From a virus: a DNA stretch of 64,000 nucleotides. This document shows, piece after piece, positions 9,185 to 18,389 of the stretch; the stretch's first letter is position 1, and every line of letters begins with the position of its first letter. Both the position numbers and the translations under genes were made by a program. The DNA lies in IMG/VR virus record IMGVR_UViG_3300034682_000252, positions 1-64,000 of that record; one strand, given 5' to 3'. Under the pieces are notes generated by a model that saw only the letters and a program-made list of their open reading frames with translations, was not told where the DNA came from and did not search any database.

Positions 9185-10003
9185 CTAAATTGCTGGTATG
9201 AACTGGACAGGCCGAAATCGGAGCAGCAGGACGGTTGCTGGTGCCGGTTCGCCCGCTGCCTCCTTTTCGGCTGGATGGTTTTCACAGGGGAGCGCCGGCG
9301 ACACCAGATCCACCCTTCCCTCTCGGATCTCAACGGCCAGGCCGTGGCGGAGCTCGGCGGCGGCCAGCAGGCACTGGGCCACCAGCGGCTGGTATTCGCT
9401 CTCGCGGTCCATGTGTGTGACCAGCTCACGCTTTTTCTCAAGGGCTACTTCCCAAGGCAGGGCGGCCCACTCCAGCACGGTGAAGGAATGCAGCACCTCG
9501 GCCACCTTGATCTCGGCGGTGAGCCGCTTTTGCTTGGCCGGTTCGCTGTTGTCGCGCTGCAGGCGCAGGCCTTCCAGGTGAGCCATGGCGAGGCCATTCA
9601 TCGGGTGGAAGTGCGCCGGCTTGCTCTCGCCATTCACCCGGACCTCCCCCTCGATGTAGGCGGGGCGGTCTAGCATCACCACCGCATCATCGAGATCCAC
9701 CAGGTCAATATCGACATAGTGCGTCTCTCCGCAGTGCTGGCACTCGTAGGAATACGCCAGGGTGGTATCTGCCGAACTGGACACAAAGATCCACCAGAGC
9801 GCGGTACGGCGGTCCTGGGCGGTCCATAGTTCGGCGTTGTCCCGGGTGCCCTCCTGCAATTGATTCAGGTAATCGCTGGTGGATTGCTCCTCGAGCTCGG
9901 GACGCAGGTCGCAGAAGTCCAGGCAATCGGCCACGGTAGGCGCCCGAAAGTGGATCTTCTTGGCTGGGTTGCTGGGGAGCGGGAACGGTTGAATCGAAAT
10001 CAT
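9185..10003 (-). CDS. pmgB: PmgB, baseplate hub/tail assembly chaperone (CxxC)
   Basis: FPLPSNP, WTAQDRRTALWWIF, YECQHCGETHY as in P1 PmgB. Confidence 0.85.
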   Translation of the reverse strand: MISIQPFPLPSNPAKKIHFRAPTVADCLDFCDLRPELEEQSTSDYLNQLQEGTRDNAELWTAQDRRTALWWIFVSSSADTTLAYSYECQHCGETHYVDIDLVDLDDAVVMLDRPAYIEGEVRVNGESKPAHFHPMNGLAMAHLEGLRLQRDNSEPAKQKRLTAEIKVAEVLHSFTVLEWAALPWEVALEKKRELVTHMDRESEYQPLVAQCLLAAAELRHGLAVEIREGRVDLVSPALPCENHPAEKEAAGEPAPATVLLLRFRPVQFIPAI

Positions 10004-10012
10004 GTTGGCCTC

Positions 10013-10501
10013 TTAGGCTTTGTACTTCTGGAAGCTCATCGGGTAGCTGACGAACTCGGACACGGCCGAGCGGTCGCGGGTTATCTCGCCGTACTCGGCG
10101 GCGCTCACGGTCCACTCCTTGTCCAGCACTTCGCTATCGTCCGACTTGAGGCGGTAAAGGCGCATCTTGAACAGGTAATCGATCGGAAGATTGACGGTGC
10201 CGTCATCGTTGACCACCTTCTTGGCCTTCTTGTGAAAGAACTCCGCCACCCGGCCATCCTCGTGATCGCGCACGATCAGGGTGACCAGGCCGGCCGTCTT
10301 GTTCACTGGCGCATTGAGTGTTTGGCTGCCGATCTGCTTGGCCTCGTACTCGATGGTCAGGCCGCCGTAGGTGATTTCTTTGACGTAAATGTCCAGGTCT
10401 GACGGCTGGCCATCGATCTCGACCCGGAATTGCCACCCCTGCTGGAAGGGCGTTTGCACTAGCTGCTTCACCATGCGGCGCTGGCGGTCTAACAGTCCCA
10501 C
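10013..10501 (-). CDS. tub: Tail tube-related protein Tub
   Basis: QGWQFRVEIDG, KEITY, VVNDDGTVNLP. Confidence 0.85.
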   Translation of the reverse strand: MGLLDRQRRMVKQLVQTPFQQGWQFRVEIDGQPSDLDIYVKEITYGGLTIEYEAKQIGSQTLNAPVNKTAGLVTLIVRDHEDGRVAEFFHKKAKKVVNDDGTVNLPIDYLFKMRLYRLKSDDSEVLDKEWTVSAAEYGEITRDRSAVSEFVSYPMSFQKYKA

Positions 10502-10510
10502 AGAGCCCCC

Positions 10511-11068
10511 TTAGCACGGATGGATGGTGATCATGGGCAGGATGGCCCGCTGTGACTTCATGGCTTCACGCAGGGCGGCGAGCTGGGCCTCTCGGTCTGC
10601 AGGTGTCGGCAGGCGGGAGGTATCGAGCTTGCCGGCTTCCTGAATGCGGGCGGTGCGCTCGTCATTCGGGATGGCGATCAGGATCTCCAGGTAGTCCTGA
10701 ATCATCCCCACGGCAGTGGGTGGGATGTGGTAGCTATCCATGGCTACGCCGCGCAGGTTAACCAGGTAGGTGAAGCGCACCGGCAGCACAGCGCCAGGGT
10801 CCAGCTCCAGGGTTTCCTTGCTGTTTTCGTCGGCGGTGATTTCGGTGGGGGTGTAATTGCCCTCGGCATCGCTCGCAACAATGGGCGCGAGATAGTCGGC
10901 GGGAACAGGATAAGCGGTGCGCTCGGACAGCTTGACCGTCTTGGTCACGCCGGCCAGGTCTTGGTATTGACCCATGGCATCAATGAGTAATTGCCGTTGT
11001 TGAGGTTCGCCCACCAGCAGCACTGAAAACCGCTTTTGGACTGCTGATAGCAGCTCAATAGGCGTCAT
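10511..11068 (-). CDS. pmgC: Head-tail adaptor PmgC
   Basis: MTPIELL, YQDLAG, DYLEILIAIPN, GKLD. Confidence 0.85.
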   Translation of the reverse strand: MTPIELLSAVQKRFSVLLVGEPQQRQLLIDAMGQYQDLAGVTKTVKLSERTAYPVPADYLAPIVASDAEGNYTPTEITADENSKETLELDPGAVLPVRFTYLVNLRGVAMDSYHIPPTAVGMIQDYLEILIAIPNDERTARIQEAGKLDTSRLPTPADREAQLAALREAMKSQRAILPMITIHPC

Positions 11069-11116
11069 GAATTACCCCCTTTTGCGCGTGATGAACATGC
11101 CGGTTAGGGCACTATG

Positions 11117-11138
11117 AACCCCGCCTCGCAGCGGGGTT
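11117..11138 (-). terminator. Hairpin after bplB
   Basis: AACCCCGC-ctcgca-GCGGGGTT; weak U tract. Confidence 0.5.
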
Positions 11139-11150
11139 AGGAAGTGGTGG

Positions 11151-11651
11151 TTACGCCCATTCGGACCAGTTATAGGTCACGGTGATGGAGGGTTTGACCA
11201 GGCTCTGCACGTCCTCGGTGCTGAACTCGATCGCGTCAGAGCGCATCTTGCAGTGCTCCATGCGGCAAGTCATACCCTTGGCCGGGGTGCCGCCCAGGGA
11301 TTCAGGGGTCGGCTTGATCGACAGGTTGACGTACTTCTTGCCGCGGATCATGTCTTGCAGCGCACGAACGACCGGACCCTTGATGGTTTCCACGCAGGTG
11401 ACGGTGATCTCGCCCTTGTTCTCGAGCGGCCCGTGCTGGGTGAAGTTAAGACCCATCGGGCCAAAATCTTCTACGTCAGCGCGGCCCATGGCGGGCATCT
11501 GGGCGGTGCGGATAAGCACGGTCAGATCGGGATAGCCATCAAAGACCATTTCAAACTCGGCACCCAGCAGCTTTTCGCCGGCGTCGATGTTCTTACGGAA
11601 CTTGTTGCGCAGCAGGCCCAGGTCGGCCTTGGTATTGGTATGTCCAGGCAT
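11151..11651 (-). CDS. bplB: Tail tube protein BplB
   Basis: GHTNTK, EDFGPMGLNFTQHGP, SDAIEFSTEDV, YNW. Confidence 0.9.
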   Translation of the reverse strand: MPGHTNTKADLGLLRNKFRKNIDAGEKLLGAEFEMVFDGYPDLTVLIRTAQMPAMGRADVEDFGPMGLNFTQHGPLENKGEITVTCVETIKGPVVRALQDMIRGKKYVNLSIKPTPESLGGTPAKGMTCRMEHCKMRSDAIEFSTEDVQSLVKPSITVTYNWSEWA

Positions 11652-11660
11652 AGTGATTCC

Positions 11661-12257
11661 TTATGGGTACATGGAATTGATTTCGGAAGCGTTGATCATG
11701 CGATCCGGGGTGATGGACAACATGACGGTGTTGCGCGTCATGTAGCCGTCTTTGGTCCGGGGCGCGTCCAGTTCGCTGGTTACTTCGGTGATCACCGCAT
11801 TGGTGATCTTGAAGCGGCGGCCAACGTCGATAACCACCAGTTGGGGAGTCCGCCCACCGGGCAGGTACTCCTTGAGCTCGGGTGAAGCCATGGTTTCCAG
11901 CGCCTTGATGGCGTCGTGAACCTCGGCTTTCGCGTCGGCGTAGGCCTGAAAGTAAACGGGCATGTTGATAGTGGGAGGGGTGGTCCCCTCCCACACCATG
12001 ACGGAGTTATGTTGGGTGACGGTGGTCAGCTTGCCGGAGTCCTCGCCAGACTGCCCAGATTGCGCCAGGCCGGCGATACGGCTTGCCCCGCCAGCATTGC
12101 CCAGGGTGTCGCTCTCGAAGGGGCTGGTCCATTGGGAGGAGAGCGTCTTGGCGGCGCCCTCCCCGATATAGCCCACAACGGTGGTGGCGCCCTGGGTGAT
12201 AAACACCTTGAGGCCGCCGCTGATACCGTCCTTTGAACTGACTCCGAACCTTGGCAT
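11661..12257 (-). CDS. pmgG: Tube initiator PmgG
   Basis: NSVMVWEGTTPPT, SPELK, ELDAPRTKDGYMTRNTV. Confidence 0.85.
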   Translation of the reverse strand: MPRFGVSSKDGISGGLKVFITQGATTVVGYIGEGAAKTLSSQWTSPFESDTLGNAGGASRIAGLAQSGQSGEDSGKLTTVTQHNSVMVWEGTTPPTINMPVYFQAYADAKAEVHDAIKALETMASPELKEYLPGGRTPQLVVIDVGRRFKITNAVITEVTSELDAPRTKDGYMTRNTVMLSITPDRMINASEINSMYP

Positions 12258-12276
12258 AACTCCCCCTTCCCGTTAC

Positions 12277-12978
12277 TTACATGCCGCGACTGCTACGGAT
12301 CCGCATCGACTTGCGGCGAGCGGCGCGAGCTGATGCGGTGTTGGCTTTGGCACGGGCCTTTTTCAGGGCGGCGCGTTGGGCGGCGGACAGGCGCTTTTTG
12401 CGAAGTGGTTTGCGGATCATCTTGACCTTGCCGTCCCGGACCACTCTCACCATGGCATCCATCATCATCGACTCGCGCACGGCGAACTCGGCGATCATTT
12501 CGTCCACGTTCACATCGCCACCCAGGAAGTCGCCAGCGGTCACGAATGCCTTGGCGGCGGCGCTATCGTCACCCCCCATGGCATCGGTCGCGACCTGGAC
12601 GGGAACGCCCAGGGACACCAGCGCATCGGCCATCTGGGTCAGAGCCTGCTCATAGGCTTCCTGCTCCTCGTCGCCGGTCACCTCGCCATCCTCGTCCACG
12701 TCGGCCAGGGCTTGGGCGTAAACGTCCAGGCCTTCGGCGGAGTCGTCGCCATCAGCCACCCACTCGACAACCATTGCCATGGCGTCAGCGCGGGCGGCCT
12801 GCATGGCGGCCCCGGCGACCGCATCGAGCATCTGCTCGTCGGTGACCGAATCGAAGAAGGCTTGCTCGGTCATGCTGGCGGGGTCTTTGTTCTTCACCCC
12901 GTCCAGCATGGCCACCGCAGCGCCAAATTCACTGCCGGCAGCGGCGCCGGCAAAGCCTTTTGCATTACGCATACTCAA
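12277..12978 (-). CDS. 21: P1 gp21-like protein (acidic body, basic tail; possible prohead core)
   Basis: C-terminal VVRDGKVKMIRKPLRKKRLSAAQRAALKKARAKA. Confidence 0.85.
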   Translation of the reverse strand: MSMRNAKGFAGAAAGSEFGAAVAMLDGVKNKDPASMTEQAFFDSVTDEQMLDAVAGAAMQAARADAMAMVVEWVADGDDSAEGLDVYAQALADVDEDGEVTGDEEQEAYEQALTQMADALVSLGVPVQVATDAMGGDDSAAAKAFVTAGDFLGGDVNVDEMIAEFAVRESMMMDAMVRVVRDGKVKMIRKPLRKKRLSAAQRAALKKARAKANTASARAARRKSMRIRSSRGM

Positions 12979-12987
12979 ACGCTCCTA

Positions 12988-14574
12988 TTAGCGGATAAGT
13001 GAGGGGGAACCCAGGATCCGGCGAGAGGTGCCTGTCACGCAGCAGCCCCACTGGACTTCCCAGGAGTCGATTTCTCGTTGCGCCACGGTCAGGGTGTACG
13101 GGCTCTCGCCGTCCTCGTCGGGGTTGCGCGGCTTGACCAGGGCGTCAGCGGACACATAACCGCTCAGGATCTCGGTCATGCCACGCTCCAGGCCGTCATA
13201 GGTGAGCCCGTCCGGGGAGTGCTTGAGCTGGTTCGCCAGTTGGTAGAACTGACGGGAGATCGCATTCATGGTCGAGCTGACGTGCTGGAAGCGCAGGTAA
13301 TCCTCGGACTGGCGACAGGTGAGCGCGTCGTCAATCATCAGCTTGCCGGTGGTGGACAGGCCGATCTTGTTGATACGGGCCTTGTACATGGCCTTCTCGT
13401 CGGGTTCGCCAGCGCCAGGCAGCAACTGCACCTCGCGACGGTCGATGATCCCGCGCTCCTCGCCGGCCGGGGAGTAGTGCCAGCCACCCACAGCACCGGT
13501 CGCTTTCGCCACACCGGCCGCCTTGGCGACGAACGCCACGCCGGAGATACCCCAGATGGCACGGCCGCCGCTGTACGGGTCTTTGGCGCTGTACGGGAAG
13601 TGGTACAGGGAAAGGTTGTTGTTGTTGAACGCCATGGAGTTTGATGCTGCCAGGGCCTGCTGGTAGGTCTTGGTCGGCAGAATGTCGATGAACGCATCCA
13701 CGCGACGATCCCGGGCGATGGCACCCAGGGAGGCCATCACATCCTCGTCATAGCAGCCCAGGCCCAGCACGGCGGTATAACCCACCAGCGCGTTGCGCAG
13801 GATGGTGAGCGCCTTCTCATATTGCGCCGGCGCGATGTTTTTCTGGTTGCCCAGGGTGCCACCGGACAGGGTGGTTTTGGTAAAGCCGGTAAAGCCGGTC
13901 CGATCAATTGCCATGTCACATACAGCCTCCAGCACAGTGCTGGTGGATTGCAGGCGATCCAGGATGAAGGTGGACGCCCCCATGTCGTCGGTGGCTTCCG
14001 TATCAAAGGACACTTCCAGCTCCTCGACGGTGTAGTCCACGCCGAACTTATCGGTGGCGGTCACGGTCAGGGTGTAGGAACCGGGCTTGCTGGCGATCGG
14101 GGTCATGGTCAGGTGGCGACCGGTCACGTTGCCATCCTTGACGCCCAGGGCCAGCAGAACGTTACCGCCCTGGGTCAGCTCCAGCGGGGTGCCGAAAGCC
14201 AGTGCCCCAGGCATCACCTCGAAGGTGGCAGCACCTTGGCCGGCCACACGATGAATGTACAGCACGGGGCGACGCGCATCTTCGGCTACCACTCGCACCA
14301 CATAGCCATCACCGCCCTTCACAGCGTCGCCAACATGGCGCAGCGGTTCGGATAAAGTCAGGCCCATTGACGGGTGATAGGGGTTGCCCAGCTTGGATTT
14401 CCAGTTGGTGCCGGTAATGCGGATCAGCTCAAACGGGTTGCCGAGCTCAGAGATAACGATCCCGGCAAAGACGGACTCGCTGCCAGTGCCACCAGCGGAT
14501 TGAGTGGAGGAGGTATCAATAGCCTGAACGGCTACCTGGGCTACCTGACTCAGGGTAAACGGGATAGATGACAT
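12988..14574 (-). CDS. 22: Tail sheath protein
   Basis: 528 aa; GWHYSPAGEERGII, IDDALT, YLRFQHV; synteny. Confidence 0.9.
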   Translation of the reverse strand: MSSIPFTLSQVAQVAVQAIDTSSTQSAGGTGSESVFAGIVISELGNPFELIRITGTNWKSKLGNPYHPSMGLTLSEPLRHVGDAVKGGDGYVVRVVAEDARRPVLYIHRVAGQGAATFEVMPGALAFGTPLELTQGGNVLLALGVKDGNVTGRHLTMTPIASKPGSYTLTVTATDKFGVDYTVEELEVSFDTEATDDMGASTFILDRLQSTSTVLEAVCDMAIDRTGFTGFTKTTLSGGTLGNQKNIAPAQYEKALTILRNALVGYTAVLGLGCYDEDVMASLGAIARDRRVDAFIDILPTKTYQQALAASNSMAFNNNNLSLYHFPYSAKDPYSGGRAIWGISGVAFVAKAAGVAKATGAVGGWHYSPAGEERGIIDRREVQLLPGAGEPDEKAMYKARINKIGLSTTGKLMIDDALTCRQSEDYLRFQHVSSTMNAISRQFYQLANQLKHSPDGLTYDGLERGMTEILSGYVSADALVKPRNPDEDGESPYTLTVAQREIDSWEVQWGCCVTGTSRRILGSPSLIR

Positions 14575-14587
14575 GTCTTGCTCCTAC

Positions 14588-15019
14588 TTACTTGGTTTTG
14601 GTGGACTTGTTGCGCTTGTCCTGCACCACGCCATCACCTGCTTGGGCAGCAGCAGCGGCGGCGGCCTGGGCGGCAGCTTCGGCAGCGGCAGCTTCGGCTT
14701 GCGCAGCGTCGGCGTCTGCCTGGGCTTGGGCCTGGGCGGCTTCTGCTTCGGCGTCTGCCTGGGCTTCGGCGTCTGCCTGGGCTTGGGCGTCTGCCTGGGC
14801 TTGGGCGGCTTCTGCTTCGGCCTGCTCATCCCCCAGTGTCACGACAGCAAGAGGGATGACGGCGTTAACGGAACGGGTGAAATAGCCCACCAGGCTCTCG
14901 GGAACCTCGAACTCTTGCGGGCCGGCATTCTTGGACACGGGCGCAATATCAATGCCGGGGTGGCTGGTGTGGCCGATGAAGCAGTGCGAACCCGTCGGGT
15001 TGGTGACGATCAGTTTCAT
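14588..15019 (-). CDS. Hypothetical protein with Ala/Gln/Glu/Asp repeat tract
   Basis: GAGG RBS; 18-bp GGCGTCTGCCTGGGCTT(C/G) repeats at about 14690-14822. Confidence 0.7.
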   Translation of the reverse strand: MKLIVTNPTGSHCFIGHTSHPGIDIAPVSKNAGPQEFEVPESLVGYFTRSVNAVIPLAVVTLGDEQAEAEAAQAQADAQAQADAEAQADAEAEAAQAQAQADADAAQAEAAAAEAAAQAAAAAAAQAGDGVVQDKRNKSTKTK

Positions 15020-15067
15020 GAGTACCTCGCTAGGTGAGGTGCGGCCGGTGCCGCACCTTTACCGGGA

Positions 15068-16708
15068 TTAGGCCGGGATCATTTTCAGACGGGCGAAGAA
15101 GCGGCTGCCGTTCTTCGGGTGAATGTCGCAGTAGGACAGTTCCCAGATGGTGTTGCGGTCCTTGAGGGCGGCGTTGACGTTGTGGTTGTAGATGGTGGCC
15201 GGGACGGCATCACCCACGACCAAGCCGGCTTCGGCGTGACCTTCGCCACGGGCGTAGCACAGGCAATCGAAGGTGCCGAGCTTGGTTGCAGGCATACCCT
15301 TGATGACCTCGATTTCCACCGGGACCTCGTAGATCTTGAACTGGCCAAACAGCTTGCCGACGTAGTGAACGCGGTTCACCTGGCGGTAGCCCTCGACCAT
15401 CTGGAAGTGCGGCGCACCCAGGGACTTGATGACGGCGCAGGCTTGCGGGCCGCAGAACATGCCGACCAGACCGGAAACCTCGGTCTTAACCTGCATTTCC
15501 TGGGAGATCACCAGCAGCAGCTTGTGCAGCGTCTCGTAGTGCTCCTTGAAATACTGCCCTTCTGCCACGGTCAGGTTGAAGGTGTAGGTCTTGCTCATGG
15601 CCAGGATCATCTTGCGCAGGTTGCGCACGTCTTTCTCGTAGGCCAGGTAGTTGCGCAGCTCGCTCATTTGCATGGAGCGGGTGTCGATACCGAACTCACG
15701 GTTCATGGTCCAGTACGCCTGGACGGTGTGCTCGGCCGCCAGGGCGGATTCGTGCGGACGCAGCTTGAAGGGTTGCATGTCGTTGGCGATGACCGGGATC
15801 AGGTCGGGGGCCTTCTCGATGTCAACGTCATACTCCAGCAGCATGAGCTGGCCGGTTTTCAGCGCGGCGCTGGTGGTCAGTTCGACCTTGCCGGTGGCGG
15901 AGGTAACAGTGCCGTTGATGACGACCTCGGTACCGTCAACGGTGGTAGTGCCGTACAGCTTGCCGATCTGGCCTTCCACTTCGGTAGCCACGACGGCGCC
16001 GTCCAGCCACAGCTTGGCGGAGGCCTTCTTGAAGGGGACGGTGACACCGAAACCAGCAGAGGCGGAGTCGTAGACGAAGGTTTTCTTGGTGCCGTCCGGT
16101 TGCTGGTCAGCATTGAAGCCGTAGATCTGGTTCAGGCTGGAATACTGGCCGAACGCGGAGTTACCCAGCACGTCGCCGACCTCGTAGTCGCCGAAGTTAG
16201 AGCCGGCGACGCGGCGAACGTCGAAGATCTCCACCTCGTTGGCCTGGGCCGGGATGTAGGTCACGGCGTCAGAGGTAGCGCACATGAGCAGGGTCGGCAG
16301 GATCAGAGCAGCTTGCTTGGCGCGGATTTCCACGCCCTCGCTAGAGCTCAGGGACTGGCCGACGGCATCGAGCATCTTGACGCCCTTGGACTTATCCATG
16401 TCCACGGTGATGTTTGCCAGAGCCTGGGCGGCGGAGGCCAGCATGGCCTTGCTGGGCATGGTGCCGTAGGAGTCGTAATAGCAGTTGATCGAGGTGGCCC
16501 AGGCAGTTGCTACCATGGGAGCGAGCTCGCCCAGGGCGTCAAACATCGGGCTCTGGCTGGCAGCCTCGGCGATAGCACTCAGGCGAAGGCCGGAGTCAGA
16601 AATCATCTGGCCGTCGGCCAGTTGCGGGTGGATACAGACTTGTGCAACCTCGCCGCTCAGGTTTTCAATCAGCGCGGCCCGTTTTTCTACGGCTTGCATG
16701 TTAGACAT
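15068..16708 (-). CDS. 23: Major capsid protein (546 aa)
   Basis: P1 gp23-like (ATSDAVTYIPA, YDVDIEKAPDLIP, AGLVVGDAVPA). ATG 16708 has a GGGG RBS. Confidence 0.9.
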   Translation of the reverse strand: MSNMQAVEKRAALIENLSGEVAQVCIHPQLADGQMISDSGLRLSAIAEAASQSPMFDALGELAPMVATAWATSINCYYDSYGTMPSKAMLASAAQALANITVDMDKSKGVKMLDAVGQSLSSSEGVEIRAKQAALILPTLLMCATSDAVTYIPAQANEVEIFDVRRVAGSNFGDYEVGDVLGNSAFGQYSSLNQIYGFNADQQPDGTKKTFVYDSASAGFGVTVPFKKASAKLWLDGAVVATEVEGQIGKLYGTTTVDGTEVVINGTVTSATGKVELTTSAALKTGQLMLLEYDVDIEKAPDLIPVIANDMQPFKLRPHESALAAEHTVQAYWTMNREFGIDTRSMQMSELRNYLAYEKDVRNLRKMILAMSKTYTFNLTVAEGQYFKEHYETLHKLLLVISQEMQVKTEVSGLVGMFCGPQACAVIKSLGAPHFQMVEGYRQVNRVHYVGKLFGQFKIYEVPVEIEVIKGMPATKLGTFDCLCYARGEGHAEAGLVVGDAVPATIYNHNVNAALKDRNTIWELSYCDIHPKNGSRFFARLKMIPA

Positions 16709-16833
16709 GAGGCATTTCCCCTGGTGTGTGGTCGATAGAAAACGCGCGGCAGTAGGCCGCTTAACGCTTTCTTGGCTGGGCAACCAAGGGGGAAGGGTGT
16801 TCAATATCGGGTTAGGATGTTGAGACGGGCAGA

Positions 16834-16864
16834 TCATAGCGGATTTTGTTTTGCCGTTGTCAAA
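16834..16864 (-). promoter_or_regulatory. Sigma70-like promoter of the capsid operon
   Basis: TTGACA-19 bp-TATGAT on the minus strand, followed by the ACATCCTAAC motif. Confidence 0.55.
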
Positions 16865-16926
16865 CCACCCAAAAACGGCATTTTCAGCCGCCTGGTGGCC
16901 TTGCTAGGCTGGTCGCTCGAGCGATG

Positions 16927-16952
16927 AAACCGCCCCCGCCAGGGCGGTTTTT
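16927..16952. terminator. Intrinsic terminator after upfB
   Basis: AAACCGCCC-ccgcca-GGGCGGTTTTT. Confidence 0.7.
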
Positions 16953-16957
16953 CGTTG

Positions 16958-17740
16958 TCAGATACCGAACCCGTCGATCACTGATTTCACTTCATCGGGC
17001 ATGACGGAATCCGCTATATCCCGCAGGCAAGGGTTGTTGATGACGGACGCGATGATGGATGACTGGATCGCCTGGTTGAAACTGGTCTGCAGGTCGCCCC
17101 ACATGGCTTGCGCATCGTCCACCAGCCCCTTTACCTGGTCGCGGGCCAGCTTGATCTGGTTGGTGATGCCATCCAGGGATCTCAGGAGCGCCGCCAGCTT
17201 GTCCTGGTCGGCCTGACTCATCGAGCCGGTCAGGCTGTTGGCGTACTTGGCCACCAGGGCCTCCAGCTCGCCCAGGGGGCCGCTGACCATATCCATGGCT
17301 GCCTTGAGCATGTCTGTCCCGCTGGTGGAAGTGAGCACGGAGAAGGCCGAGCCGAGCGGGCCGCACCCCGCCGAGGCGTCCCCCATCTTCTGGGCCACCC
17401 CAGCCGCCACCCCGAACACGGCAAACTTGCTCGTCACGTCCTCCATGCGCTGATCGATGGCGCCCCCCAGGGCCTCCAGCACCCCGCCAGAGCTGCTTAC
17501 TGCCTGCTGGTAGGTGTTGAACTTGGTGGCGGCGGCCCGGATCTGGGGCGGGATCTTGATGGATGACCCGCCCCCGGTGGAAATGCCATCTTCTGGCAGG
17601 TCAGCCAGGGACGTGAACCGGCCGCTTAGGCTGGTGGCCTGCTCCATGGCATTGGCCGCCTTGCCCGCAGCCGGCGAGGATAAGCCAGCGCTCGAGCGCA
17701 GCGCCCGATAGATGGCTTGGGACTTGGGATCGTCTAGCAT
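16958..17740 (-). CDS. upfB: P1 UpfB-like protein
   Basis: N-terminal YRALRSSAGLSSP and C-terminal VMPDEV resemble P1 UpfB; near upfC. Confidence 0.6.
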   Translation of the reverse strand: MLDDPKSQAIYRALRSSAGLSSPAAGKAANAMEQATSLSGRFTSLADLPEDGISTGGGSSIKIPPQIRAAATKFNTYQQAVSSSGGVLEALGGAIDQRMEDVTSKFAVFGVAAGVAQKMGDASAGCGPLGSAFSVLTSTSGTDMLKAAMDMVSGPLGELEALVAKYANSLTGSMSQADQDKLAALLRSLDGITNQIKLARDQVKGLVDDAQAMWGDLQTSFNQAIQSSIIASVINNPCLRDIADSVMPDEVKSVIDGFGI

Positions 17741-17768
17741 GATGCCCCCTTGTTGCGCTTGTCTGTTG

Positions 17769-17870
17769 TCATTGGGCGGCCTCCACCAGGGCATGGCCCA
17801 GAACGACCGTCAAGAAGATAACCCCCACCAATACGCCCACCAGCAGGCGGCAGCTCTTGGGTTGCTTCAT
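17769..17870 (-). CDS. 33-aa single-TM peptide
   Basis: MKQPKSCRLLVGVLVGVIFLTVVLGHALVEAAQ; ATGA coupling with the upstream stop. Confidence 0.55.
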   Translation of the reverse strand: MKQPKSCRLLVGVLVGVIFLTVVLGHALVEAAQ

Positions 17871-18337
17871 GCCGCCCCCTCTACTGCTGGACCTTCATCA
17901 CCCTCGCAGTTGGGGCAGCCATAGGCGCCCAGGGAAGCGGGGAACTCGCAGCCACAGCCGCACTGATATTGCGCCGGGGCTTCGTCCACCAGCTCGCGCA
18001 GGTTGCCCACCACAGAGCAGATCAAGCGGTCCTTGGCCTGCTGGTGGTCGGGGAGCTCGGCAAACGGCACCATGCACGGGTGCTCTTTCAGTTCGGCGTC
18101 CTTCACCGGGCCATAGATCCAGCCCTCGGCCTGTTTGTGGGCCATCCACGCTTCATGGGAGGCTTGAGGGCCTGCCGATGGGTTGCCCAGGTGCAGGCGT
18201 ACCCCGGCGATCATGGATGCGCGTTGCCAGTCGGGGGCGAGCTCCCAATCAACCTGTGAGTGGTCGCCGCAGGCCTCGCAATAGGCCTTGTTGGTCTGGT
18301 GGCAAACACGGGCCACCGCTTCTATCGAAAATTTCAC
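17867..18337 (-). CDS. RyR-domain protein with C-terminal Zn ribbon
   Basis: HEAWMAHKQAEGWIYGPVKDAELKEHPCMVPFAELP; CGCG...CPNC; GTG start with GGAGG. Confidence 0.8.
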   Translation of the reverse strand: MKFSIEAVARVCHQTNKAYCEACGDHSQVDWELAPDWQRASMIAGVRLHLGNPSAGPQASHEAWMAHKQAEGWIYGPVKDAELKEHPCMVPFAELPDHQQAKDRLICSVVGNLRELVDEAPAQYQCGCGCEFPASLGAYGCPNCEGDEGPAVEGAA

Positions 18338-18389
18338 GTCACATCCTCCAGGTGGGCGACCGGAGGCGAGGAAGGGGAGAGCCAAGGGG

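Noticed and set aside
15119-16738. 539-aa ORF antisense to the capsid gene
   Set aside because: Expected from strong codon bias on the coding strand.
16709-16837. 43-aa N-terminal extension of the capsid ORF
   Set aside because: It spans the promoter and leader; ATG 16708 has the RBS.
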